This document shows positions 52,981-62,222 of a stretch of DNA of 64,000 nucleotides, piece by piece (within the stretch, counting starts at the first letter, position 1; each line of letters begins with the position of its first letter). This stretch comes from an uncultured Candidatus Saccharibacteria bacterium (GTDB taxonomy: Bacteria > Patescibacteriota > Andersenbacteria > UBA10190). A program made the position numbers and the translations under genes. Under the pieces are notes generated by a model, which was not told the origin of the DNA, did no database searches, and worked only from the letters and a program-made list of their open reading frames with translations. The stretch spans positions 22,937 to 86,936 of the forward strand of contig CAYHTZ010000002.1 of the NCBI GenBank assembly GCA_964359735.1, read 5' to 3'.

Positions 52981-55900
52981 TGCGGGCAATTGTCGCGGTC
53001 AGCTTGAGGTGGCGCTGGCTCGTGGTGGCGGTCGCGGCGGTGGTGATGTTGTACAGCCTGGACACCGTTGCCGACATGCCTATCGATGTCTTTCCCGAAG
53101 TCGGCCCGCCCTTGGTGGAAGTTCAGACTGAGGCTTTGGGGCTCTCCGCCACCGAGGTGGAATCTTTGATTACTGTCCCCATGGAGGCGGATTTGCTCAA
53201 CGGCGTGGCGTGGCTTGACCGGATCTACTCTGAGTCGGTGAGCGGTCTCTCGTCGATTCACCTCATTTTTGAAGAGGGGACTGACCCAATTGCGGCCCGG
53301 CAGATGGTGGCGGAGCGCTTGACCCAGGCCTTCGCCTTGCCCAATGTGTCCAAACCGCCGACCATGCTTCAGCCTCTGTCCAGCAGCAATCGGGTCATGA
53401 TGATCGGGCTTTCTTCGCAGGAAGCGTCGTTGATAGACATGTCGGTGCTGGCTCGGTGGAATATCAGGCCGCGGCTCATGGGTGTGCCGGGGGTGGCCAA
53501 CGTGGCTATTTGGGGGGAGCGGCAGCGGCAATTGCAGGTGCAGGTTGACCCAGTGCAACTCTCGTCTGCCGGCGTGACACTGGCACAAGTTATCGAAACG
53601 GCCGGGAATGCCTTGTGGGTATCGCCTTTAAATTTTTTGAATGCTTCCACACCTGGTACAGCGGGGTGGATTGACACGCCGAATCAGCGGCTTGGACTCC
53701 ACCACATCTTGCCTATCAGAGGGCCGGATGAATTGGCTCGTGTGTCAGTGGCCGGCAGCCAGGGGTTGCTGCTCAAGGACGTGGCTCGCGTGGTGGAAGA
53801 CCACCAACCGCTGATTGGAGATGCCGCCGTGCGTGACGGCGCCGGTCTTTTGCTCGTCTTAGAAAAGTTTCCCGGGGCCAATACGGTGGAAGTGACGGAG
53901 GGTGTGGAAGAAGCGATGGCGGTGCTACGGTCAGGGATGGCCGGTATTGAGATGGAGACTGTCTTCCGACCGGCTAACTACATTGAGCTGGCGACTGACA
54001 AACTCGTGCAAGCGGCCCTCTTGGGCGCGGTGTTTATGGCCTTGGTGTTGTTTGCTTTTTTGGAAGGCTGGCGTCCAGTTGTCATTAGTCTCGTAGTGAT
54101 TCCCCTGTCTTTGGCGGTGGCGGGGCTGGTGCTGTACGCCTTCGGACTCACTATGAATGTCTTAACTGCCGCTGGGCTCACGGTGGCCATCGGTGCGGTA
54201 GCTTACGATGCCGTCTTCGACGTGGAAAACGTCGTGCGGCGGCTGCGACAGCGTCAGCAGACGGGCAGCGGGCAGACGTCTGTCTCCACCATTGCCGCGG
54301 CCGCGCTAGAGATGCGCCGGCCGGCGGTTCTGGCAACCCTGATCATGCTGCTGGCGGTGCTGCCGGCTTTCTTTTGGCGGGGTGAGGCGGCTGCCTTCAT
54401 TTGGCCTCTGGGCATGGCCTATGTGCTGGCGCTCTTAGCCTCGGCGGCGGTGGCATTCTTTGTCACGCCAGCACTCTCTCTTATACTCTGGCGTCAAGGA
54501 GTGTGGCTGCCCAGGGTGTCTCCACTCATTCATTGGCTTAGGCAGCGTTACCGAAGTGGGCTCTCCCGCCTCATTGGGATTCGGTGCCAAGTATCGGGCG
54601 CGGCGGTCGCCGTGGGGATAGCTGGTCTCGCGATGCTGCCATTACTCCATTGGTCGCTTCTGCCCTCGCTTCAGCAGACGGACCTGGTAGTTACCTGGCA
54701 AGCAGCGCCGGGCACGTCGCGTACAGAAATGAACCGGGTTTTAACGGCCGCCAGCGGTGAGCTCTCATCCGTTCCTGGGGTTGCGCGTGCTTCCTTCCAT
54801 GTGGGGCGAGCCATAACCGGGGATCAAGTTGTTGGGACTAACTCAGGCGTGCTTTGGCTTAGCCTTGATGGCAAGGCGGACTTTGATGCGACGGTGGAAA
54901 AGGTTCGAGAGGTTATTTCCGGCTACCCCGGCTTTACGAGTGAGGTGCAGACGTACCAACCTAAAAGAGATGGCGAGAGGTTGAGCGTGGGCGATCGTGA
55001 CCTGGTGGCGCGCGTGTACGGCCACGACTGGGATGTTCTCCAGGTAGTGGCTAAGGATGTGCAGCAGCGGCTGGCACACGTTAACGGTATCACGGCGGCA
55101 TACGTGGAGGTCGGTGACAACGAGCCACAGGTGGAAATCGAGGTGGATTTAGCTCAGGCTCTGCGCTACCAAGTAAAGCCTGGCGATGTCCGGCGGCAAG
55201 CGGCGGCGCTCCTGTCTGGCCTGCAAGTCGGCAACCTTTTTGAAGAACAAAAAGTGTTTGAGGTGGTGGTTTGGGGTGTACCGGAAATTCGCGATAATGT
55301 GACTAAGGTCCAAGACCTCTTGATTGACACGCCCGCGGGTTCAGTACGTTTGGGAGATCTGGCGAAGGTGAGGATTGGGTCGTCTCCGGTGACGATTGCC
55401 CGCGATGCGGTCTCGCGTTATGTAGACGTGGTTGCCCAGGTGGATGGCCGGGATGCAGCCGTGGTCAGACGCGAGGGGAGGCGCGCTCTTACTGGTCTTG
55501 AATTTCCTCTGGAATACCGCGCGGAACTATTAGGCGAAGGCGCCGGGCAGACGGCGGCGGTGCAGCGCGTACTGTTGGTGGGCCTGGCGGCTGGAGTTGG
55601 AATTTTTCTGCTGCTGCAGTCAGCCTTCGGGAGCGCCCGAGTGGCGGCTATCTTTGTCTTGAGCTTGCCCTTGGCGCTGTTGGGCGCCGTAGCGGTGGCG
55701 GTGGCTACGGAGGGTAGCGCTGTCTCACTTGGTTCACTGTTGGGGTTGTTGGCAGTGTTGGGGGTGGCGGTGAGAGGTGGAATGGTAATGATTGCCCATT
55801 GGCAGCATCTTGAGCGGGAGGCTGGCCAGGCAGCTGACGGCGCCCTGATTATGCAGGGAGGCCAAGAAAGGGTGATACCTATTTTGATGGGTGCCTTCAC

Positions 55901-56066
55901 GCTGGGACTGGCATTCTTGGCCCCGGCACTTTCCGGCGTTGTCCCCGGCTACGAAGTTCTCCATCCAATGGGCCTGGTGGTAGTAGGAGGGTTGGCGACC
56001 GCGACGCTCATGACTCTGTTTGGTCTGCCCGTGCTCTACCTGCAGTTTGCCGGCCAGAAGCCATGA
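52977..56066 (+). CDS. RND efflux permease (CusA/CzcA-like), paralog 1
   Basis: DVFPE, EVESLITVPME, VENVVRRL; 1029 aa. Confidence 0.9.
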   Translation: MMRAIVAVSLRWRWLVVAVAAVVMLYSLDTVADMPIDVFPEVGPPLVEVQTEALGLSATEVESLITVPMEADLLNGVAWLDRIYSESVSGLSSIHLIFEEGTDPIAARQMVAERLTQAFALPNVSKPPTMLQPLSSSNRVMMIGLSSQEASLIDMSVLARWNIRPRLMGVPGVANVAIWGERQRQLQVQVDPVQLSSAGVTLAQVIETAGNALWVSPLNFLNASTPGTAGWIDTPNQRLGLHHILPIRGPDELARVSVAGSQGLLLKDVARVVEDHQPLIGDAAVRDGAGLLLVLEKFPGANTVEVTEGVEEAMAVLRSGMAGIEMETVFRPANYIELATDKLVQAALLGAVFMALVLFAFLEGWRPVVISLVVIPLSLAVAGLVLYAFGLTMNVLTAAGLTVAIGAVAYDAVFDVENVVRRLRQRQQTGSGQTSVSTIAAAALEMRRPAVLATLIMLLAVLPAFFWRGEAAAFIWPLGMAYVLALLASAAVAFFVTPALSLILWRQGVWLPRVSPLIHWLRQRYRSGLSRLIGIRCQVSGAAVAVGIAGLAMLPLLHWSLLPSLQQTDLVVTWQAAPGTSRTEMNRVLTAASGELSSVPGVARASFHVGRAITGDQVVGTNSGVLWLSLDGKADFDATVEKVREVISGYPGFTSEVQTYQPKRDGERLSVGDRDLVARVYGHDWDVLQVVAKDVQQRLAHVNGITAAYVEVGDNEPQVEIEVDLAQALRYQVKPGDVRRQAAALLSGLQVGNLFEEQKVFEVVVWGVPEIRDNVTKVQDLLIDTPAGSVRLGDLAKVRIGSSPVTIARDAVSRYVDVVAQVDGRDAAVVRREGRRALTGLEFPLEYRAELLGEGAGQTAAVQRVLLVGLAAGVGIFLLLQSAFGSARVAAIFVLSLPLALLGAVAVAVATEGSAVSLGSLLGLLAVLGVAVRGGMVMIAHWQHLEREAGQAADGALIMQGGQERVIPILMGAFTLGLAFLAPALSGVVPGYEVLHPMGLVVVGGLATATLMTLFGLPVLYLQFAGQKP

Positions 56067-59000
56067 AGCCGAAGGTGCTCTCTTGGATCATTGAAAAGAG
56101 TCTCCACTACCGCTACCTGGTGATTTTTTTTACGGTGGTGTTGGTGGTCTTCGGCATCGGGAGGGTGCGGGCGATGCCGGTGGACGTTTTCCCTGAATTC
56201 GCGCCGCCGCGGGTGGAGATTCAGACCCCGAGCCTGGGACTTTCTTCCGCGGAAGTGGAGGCTCTGGTTACGACGCCATTAGAAGAAGTGATGAGCGGAA
56301 TGCCGGGGCTCGACATCATGCGCTCTAAATCAGTGGAGCAGTTGTCGTCGATTGTGCTGATTTTTAAGGCGGGGACTGATCTCATGGAAGCGCGGCAGCT
56401 GGTGGCCGAGAGAGTGGCGCAAGTCACGCCGACCTTGCCGACGTGGGCCGCCCCGCCGATGATGATGCCGCCTCTTTCGTCCACGGCCCGGACCATGAAG
56501 ATCGGGATTTCCTCGAAAAAACACTCTGTGATGGATCTGTCTATGATCACCTATTGGACGATCCGCGAACGCTTGCTACGTGTGCCAGGCGTGGCGAATG
56601 TGGCCATCTGGGGGGAGCAGATCAAAATGATGCAGGTGCAAGCGGATCCAGCGCGCTTGTCGGCGCAAGGGGTGACGATGGACGAAGTCTTGCAGGTCAC
56701 GTCGGACACCTTGGATTCAGGTTTGGTGCAGCATGCCAACGGTTCGACTGTCGGGAAAGGAGGGTTTCTCGAGACTCCTAATCAACAGCTTGGTATCCGG
56801 CACGTGTTACCCGTGGTGGCACCGGCTGATTTAGCCCGGGTACCTGTGAATGATCGGTTGAGGCGCGACGGCGCGCCGCTGCGCCTAGGGGATGTGGCGC
56901 AGGTGGTAGATGGTACCTGGCCGATGATTGGCGATGCAGTTATTAATGACGGCCCTGGACTTTTGTTGGTGGTGGAAAAGTTTCCGTGGGGCAACACGCT
57001 GGACGTAACGAGGGGAGTAGAAGCAGCCATCGACGAGATGCGGCCCGGGCTGCCCGATATCGACATTGACACCACTATTTTTCGGCCGGCGACGTTCGTG
57101 CAAGTGGCGCTGGATAATCTCATGACTTCGCTGCTCGTTGGAGCGGGACTGGTGGTACTGGTGTTGCTGCTGTTTCTCTGGGATTGGCGGATTGCACTCA
57201 TTTCCGCCACGATCATTCCGGTGACAGCGGTGGTCACCCTGCTTGTGCTCTCGCTGGTGGGGACAACGCTGAATGTAATGGTATTGGCTGGTCTCGTCAT
57301 CGCGCTGGGGGCGGTGGTTGACGATGCGATTGTGGATGTGGAAAACATCGTGCGGCGGCTGCGTCAGGCGCGCCGGCAAGGGAGTACCAAGGGAGCGGCG
57401 GCTATCATTCTCGATGCTTCCGTGGAAGTGCGTAGCGCTATTATCAGCGCGTCGTTGATCGAGATGACGGCGCTCCTGCCGGTTTTCTTTATGCAGGGGC
57501 TGTCCGGAGCATTTTTCCGGCCGCTGGCCCTGGCCTACGTGGTGGCCACACTGGTCTCTCCGCTCATCGCGCTCACTGTCACGCCGGCGCTGATCTTAGT
57601 TCTTCTGTCTCGGGCGTCGGTCGTTGATCGCTTGTCCCCCATCATCCCACGGCTCCACCGCATATATAATGGACTGCTGTCGTGGACGATTAGAACACCG
57701 CGTCTGGCATATGTCGTCACCAGCATTCTCCTGGTCGCCGGTATCGTGATATGGCCGCTCTTGGGACAGGAACTGCTGCCCTCGTTTAAGGAACGGGATT
57801 TCCTCATGCACTGGGTAGCCAAGCCCGGCACATCTCATCCGGAAATGGTGCGTATGACAACGGCGGCTTGTCGAGAGCTGCGCAGCATTCCGGGGGTGCG
57901 CAACTGCGGCTCCCATATTGGGCAGGCGCTCCTGATGGATGAAGTGTACGGCATCTATTTTGCCGAGAATTGGATCAGTGTGGATCCGGCGGTAGACTAT
58001 GACGCGACCCTGGCCAACATTCAGGAGACCGTCGACGGCTATCCCGGGCTGGTGCGCGATGTGCAAACGTATCTCAAGGAGCGCATCCGCGAGGTACTCA
58101 CTGGGTCGAGCCATCCTATCGTCATCAAGATCTACGGGCAGGATCTGGCCGTGCTGCGAGAGCTGGCGGGGCAGGTGCGGGACAAACTGGCGGAGATTGC
58201 CGGCATCACGGATGAAAAAGTGGAGCTTTTGGTTGATATCCCGCAGGTAGAGGTCGAGGTGGACTTGGCGGCCGCGCAGAGATTCGGCTTAAAACCGGGT
58301 GACGTCCGTCGGCAGGCCGCCTACGTGGTAGCGGGTGAGGAAGCCGGTGATATTCACACAGCCAACAGGACATTCGATGTCCAAGTATGGAGCACGCCGG
58401 AGGCGCGGAGTAACCTCACGAGTATTCAGGGTATGCTCGTCAGCACGCCCAGCGGGAAGACGGTGCGTTTAGCTGATGTGGCTGACGTGCGCATCGCGCC
58501 GGTGCCGAATGCCGTCAATCATGAAAATCTCTCGCGCCGCATAACCGTTGAAGCTGAAGTTGAGGGGCGTGACCTCGGCGCGGTGGTGGATGATGTTGAA
58601 GACGCTCTGGAGAACATTGCGTTCCCGCGGGGATATCACCCGGAGGTGTCCGGCGAGTACGCGGAACGGCAGGCGGCGCAGACGCGTATCTTAATGGCGG
58701 GGGTGGCCGCAGCGCTCGTGATTTTCTTACTGCTGTGGGCGTCGCTTCAGAGTTGGAGGTTGGCCGCGATGTCCTTCTTGAGTTTGCCGATGGCCTTGGT
58801 AGGTGGCGCGCTGGCGGCGTATTTTGCCAGCGACGGCGTTTTGTCGCTCGGTTCACTCGTCGGGATGCTCACGATCTTAGGGGTGGCGGCGCGCAACGGT
58901 ATTATGCTGATCAGTCACTTTCAGCACCTCGAGCATGAGGAAGGCCAATCTTTTGGCCCGGCGCTGGTTTTGCAGGGAGCACGGGAACGCCTGGTGCCGA

Positions 59001-59188
59001 TCGTAATGACGGCGCTCACGGCTGGGCTCGCCTTAGTACCGCTGGTGGTGGCCGGCAACATTCCCGGGCATGAGATTGAGCACCCAATGGCGATTGTCAT
59101 TCTCGGAGGGCTTATCACCTCAACTCTGGTCAACTTGTTCGTTGTGCCGTCGCTCTACTTGCGGTTTGGAAAGGCCGTAGTATCGTGA
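56063..59188 (+). CDS. RND efflux permease (CusA/CzcA-like), paralog 2
   Basis: DVFPEF, VDDAIVDVEN, ARNGIML, ERLVPIVMT, PMAIVILGGL. Confidence 0.93.
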   Translation: MKPKVLSWIIEKSLHYRYLVIFFTVVLVVFGIGRVRAMPVDVFPEFAPPRVEIQTPSLGLSSAEVEALVTTPLEEVMSGMPGLDIMRSKSVEQLSSIVLIFKAGTDLMEARQLVAERVAQVTPTLPTWAAPPMMMPPLSSTARTMKIGISSKKHSVMDLSMITYWTIRERLLRVPGVANVAIWGEQIKMMQVQADPARLSAQGVTMDEVLQVTSDTLDSGLVQHANGSTVGKGGFLETPNQQLGIRHVLPVVAPADLARVPVNDRLRRDGAPLRLGDVAQVVDGTWPMIGDAVINDGPGLLLVVEKFPWGNTLDVTRGVEAAIDEMRPGLPDIDIDTTIFRPATFVQVALDNLMTSLLVGAGLVVLVLLLFLWDWRIALISATIIPVTAVVTLLVLSLVGTTLNVMVLAGLVIALGAVVDDAIVDVENIVRRLRQARRQGSTKGAAAIILDASVEVRSAIISASLIEMTALLPVFFMQGLSGAFFRPLALAYVVATLVSPLIALTVTPALILVLLSRASVVDRLSPIIPRLHRIYNGLLSWTIRTPRLAYVVTSILLVAGIVIWPLLGQELLPSFKERDFLMHWVAKPGTSHPEMVRMTTAACRELRSIPGVRNCGSHIGQALLMDEVYGIYFAENWISVDPAVDYDATLANIQETVDGYPGLVRDVQTYLKERIREVLTGSSHPIVIKIYGQDLAVLRELAGQVRDKLAEIAGITDEKVELLVDIPQVEVEVDLAAAQRFGLKPGDVRRQAAYVVAGEEAGDIHTANRTFDVQVWSTPEARSNLTSIQGMLVSTPSGKTVRLADVADVRIAPVPNAVNHENLSRRITVEAEVEGRDLGAVVDDVEDALENIAFPRGYHPEVSGEYAERQAAQTRILMAGVAAALVIFLLLWASLQSWRLAAMSFLSLPMALVGGALAAYFASDGVLSLGSLVGMLTILGVAARNGIMLISHFQHLEHEEGQSFGPALVLQGARERLVPIVMTALTAGLALVPLVVAGNIPGHEIEHPMAIVILGGLITSTLVNLFVVPSLYLRFGKAVVS

Positions 59189-59189
59189 C

Positions 59190-60089
59190 ATGATGTTTAC
59201 GCGTCTGCAGCTTGTCTTGGGGCTAGTGGTAGTGGTCTTGCTGGCGGTGGGAATAGTCCGTCGGTACCTGCCGGTGGCGGCGACGCTACCGCAAGAATCG
59301 GCGGTGGCCGAGAGCAGCGAGCGCGAAGGCGAGCAAGATTTTCTTGAACTCGACCCGAGCGATTTTGATGACGCGACGTCGGCCTCTATTACCAATGAAT
59401 GGTGGCCGCTCAAACCTGGCACGCGCTGGATACACGAGGGATTTTCTGTCGAGGATGGCGAGAGAACCCGTCACATGGTAGTGGAAACAGTCACAGATCT
59501 CACCAAAGAAATTAACGGGGTGAAGGCGGCCGTGAACTTGGAGGAGGACTACAGTGATGGCAAATTGATCGAACGAGAAATTGCCTTTCACGCGCAGGAT
59601 AATGATGGAAATGTGTGGCATTTGGGGCAGTTACGCGAAACATACGATGAGGCAGAATTTGTCGGGGGCCGCGTCTGGTTTGTTGGTCAGCCTTCCGGCG
59701 CTAAGGCTGGTATTCGGATGTGGGCGGATCCGCGCCTGGGAGACAGTGCTTCACAAGGGTACGCACCTGCTCCTTTCAATTGGACAGACAGTGGACGGGT
59801 GTCTCAGGTGGGTCAACATACCACGGTGGTGGCGGGCGAATACGACGATGTGATCGTGGTGGAAGAGTGGGACGCAGAAACGCCGCCAGGTGTTTTCCAG
59901 ACTAAATACTACGCCCGTGGTGTGGGGATCGTGCGGATTGGTTTTACAGGTGAAGATCCTGAACAAGAGGAAATGGAGCTGGTCAAGCTGGAGCAGCTCG
60001 CCGGCCCGGCTCTCACGGAGGCGCGAGAGGCGGCGCTAGCAATTGAGGAGCGAGCCTACGTGTACGGCCTGACCAAACCGGCGGAGTAA
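59190..60089 (+). CDS. Membrane-anchored hypothetical protein
   Basis: N-terminal TM; ITNEWWPL.PG, AQDNDGNVW, KYYARGVG. Confidence 0.7.
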   Translation: MMFTRLQLVLGLVVVVLLAVGIVRRYLPVAATLPQESAVAESSEREGEQDFLELDPSDFDDATSASITNEWWPLKPGTRWIHEGFSVEDGERTRHMVVETVTDLTKEINGVKAAVNLEEDYSDGKLIEREIAFHAQDNDGNVWHLGQLRETYDEAEFVGGRVWFVGQPSGAKAGIRMWADPRLGDSASQGYAPAPFNWTDSGRVSQVGQHTTVVAGEYDDVIVVEEWDAETPPGVFQTKYYARGVGIVRIGFTGEDPEQEEMELVKLEQLAGPALTEAREAALAIEERAYVYGLTKPAE

Positions 60090-60150
60090 GGCTTGCACAG
60101 CGAGAAGGCTTCTTCTAGACTTAACAGGATATGAAAGGGGGTGACGACCT

Positions 60151-60723
60151 ATGTCGTTAAAGACATTAGCTAGTGGAGGGCTGGCTTTCGTATTACTCCT
60201 AGGGGTAGTAGCAGTCGTCGCTCCAGTGGCCAGTGCGTCGCACCTTTCTGACCCGACTCGGTGTACGTGTTCGGCGGGCCTTTCGTACGATAGGCCTAGT
60301 TTGCAGTGGGGCAGCGAAGGATTAGTGTTTGTCCCCCGGATAAACTATTCAATTCGTGCCCGCGGCGGGAACGAGGCGCCACCTTTGAACGTGTCTGTCA
60401 ATTATGAGGGTGGCAGCTCCTACGAATCAGAAGATGTAGCCGTGCCGGCAGAGACCAGCTTTAGTGGACAGAAGCAGCTGCTTACAAATGCTACCTGCCG
60501 CGGCAGTCAGCGGTATAGCTTTAGCGGTTTTGCCTTGGAACCTGTGACGCTGGCGGGGCTGGTGCAATCGCTGATCGGGGAGGATCAACAGTTAAAAGGA
60601 ACCATTCAGATGAGGGCGTCAATTGAGGGCTGTGGATTCGAAGAGGAGAATCGACAGTTCTCCTTCAGGGTACGTGATCAGTTTGGTGAGTTACGCTGGC
60701 TTGGCTGGCGCAGCGCTCGTTAG
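60151..60723 (+). CDS. Secreted hypothetical protein
   Basis: Signal peptide ending ASA; SD-like GGGGGTGA. Confidence 0.7.
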   Translation: MSLKTLASGGLAFVLLLGVVAVVAPVASASHLSDPTRCTCSAGLSYDRPSLQWGSEGLVFVPRINYSIRARGGNEAPPLNVSVNYEGGSSYESEDVAVPAETSFSGQKQLLTNATCRGSQRYSFSGFALEPVTLAGLVQSLIGEDQQLKGTIQMRASIEGCGFEEENRQFSFRVRDQFGELRWLGWRSAR

Positions 60724-60731
60724 TCGCACAG

Positions 60732-60757
60732 GTTATCCACATCAGGGTGTGGATAAC
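60732..60757. promoter_or_regulatory. Inverted pair of perfect DnaA boxes
   Basis: GTTATCCACA-tcaggg-TGTGGATAAC. Confidence 0.6.
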
Positions 60758-60990
60758 ATGCCTTGCGGCTGGAGGAGTGTTTGGGCTACCAAGATATGAG
60801 GCCAAAAAACCGTGTTTTTAGGGGGCCTGCCTGATGGCAGACAGGAAGGGACTAAATAACACGACTCGTGTAGTGGGCCTCTTGGTTCAGGGAGGGGAAC
60901 TGAAATCAGGAGAGACATAACGAAGCGTGTTTTTTTGTTGACTCAAAACACAATGATGAAAACTCAATTCAGGAGAGGAGGTGAGTACAG

Positions 60991-62118
60991 ATGAAGACAA
61001 AACTTAGCTTATTGCTGGGTATCTCTGCACTCGCCTTCTTGTTTTCTGTCACCCCAGTGCTGGCATCAGAGGTGAACTTTGATCAGAGCATTGAGAACAG
61101 CGGTCCTTCTTCGAGCACCAACAACGATGGTGATGCTAAGGAGGATGTTGATATTGATAAGGAGGTCAAGGCTGATATTGATAACAAAGGCGATGTTGAT
61201 TGCAAGACCGGCGAATTCGACGTGAAGAACAACACCAACGCTGAAGTTGATGACAGCGGAGCCTGCAACGTTGAAGCTGACTGGCAAACAGCTGTCAACG
61301 GAGGAACCTCTCTGTGGGAGTCAGCTGATGGCGGTCTCGATGTTAACGTGGATCAGAGTATTGAGGACAGCGGTCCTAACTCGAGCACCAACAACGACGC
61401 TGACGTCAAGAAAGACGTGAACGTGGACCTGGATCTCATTGCTGACATCCTGAACAAGCTGGACGCAGACCTTGCGACCGGCGACTTCGACGTGAGGGAC
61501 AACACCAACGCTGAAATCGGCGGATCTGGTGATGCTTCACTCGCGGTCATGTTCGAAACATGGGCCAACAACGATGCGGGCTGGTCCGGTGCTGCCCACG
61601 GGGGCGTATCGGTCACGGCTGACCAGAGCATCAAGGACAGCGGTCCTAACTCGAGCACCAACAACGACCTCGACGTCAAGTCTGAGGTTGATTGGGATGT
61701 TGAGTGGAAAGCCGACGTTGACAACAAGGTTGACGTGAATGCCAAGACCGGCGAATTCGACGTGAAGAACAACACCAACGCTGAAGTTGGCGGGTCAGGC
61801 GACGTAGACGTTGCGGTTGAGCTCTTCACTTCCGTCAATAATGGCGGCGGTGCAAGTGCAGCCAATGGCAGTGGTCTCGACGTTAACGTGGATCAGAGTA
61901 TTGAGGACAGCGGTCCTAACTCGAGCACGAACAACGACGTTGACGTCAAGCAAGACGTGGACGTGAAAGAGGAGAGAAAGGCTGACGTTGACAACAACGT
62001 TGAGGTGGATGCCAACACGGGCGTATTCGACGTGAAGGACAACACCAACGCTGAAGTTGGCGGGTCAGGCGACGTGAACATTCAGTTGAACATTTCAACT
62101 GAGGCCAACAACGGCTAG
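60991..62118 (+). CDS. Secreted acidic protein with four 90-aa repeats
   Basis: DQSIxxSGPxSSTNND begins at 61081, 61351, 61621 and 61891; signal peptide; SD GGAGGTGA. Confidence 0.85.
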   Translation: MKTKLSLLLGISALAFLFSVTPVLASEVNFDQSIENSGPSSSTNNDGDAKEDVDIDKEVKADIDNKGDVDCKTGEFDVKNNTNAEVDDSGACNVEADWQTAVNGGTSLWESADGGLDVNVDQSIEDSGPNSSTNNDADVKKDVNVDLDLIADILNKLDADLATGDFDVRDNTNAEIGGSGDASLAVMFETWANNDAGWSGAAHGGVSVTADQSIKDSGPNSSTNNDLDVKSEVDWDVEWKADVDNKVDVNAKTGEFDVKNNTNAEVGGSGDVDVAVELFTSVNNGGGASAANGSGLDVNVDQSIEDSGPNSSTNNDVDVKQDVDVKEERKADVDNNVEVDANTGVFDVKDNTNAEVGGSGDVNIQLNISTEANNG

Positions 62119-62137
62119 TTCATAGTTGACCCTCGAT

Positions 62138-62190
62138 GAGGGAAAGGTAAGGCGCCCTTCGAGAAGACTCAGGGTAAACTTGCCTTTCTC
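62138..62190 (+). repeat. Intergenic hairpin with an embedded palindromic repeat
   Basis: GAGGGAAAGGTAAG-gcg-CCCTTCGAGAAGACTCAGGG-taaa-CTTGCCTTTCTC. Confidence 0.5.
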
Positions 62191-62222
62191 CATGGGGGGA
62201 TTAATAGTAGCCAGTTGCGCAT

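Noticed and set aside
61081-62118. CRISPR-like regularly spaced DNA repeats
   Set aside because: The 270-bp period is in frame within a protein and the intervening sequences are homologous.
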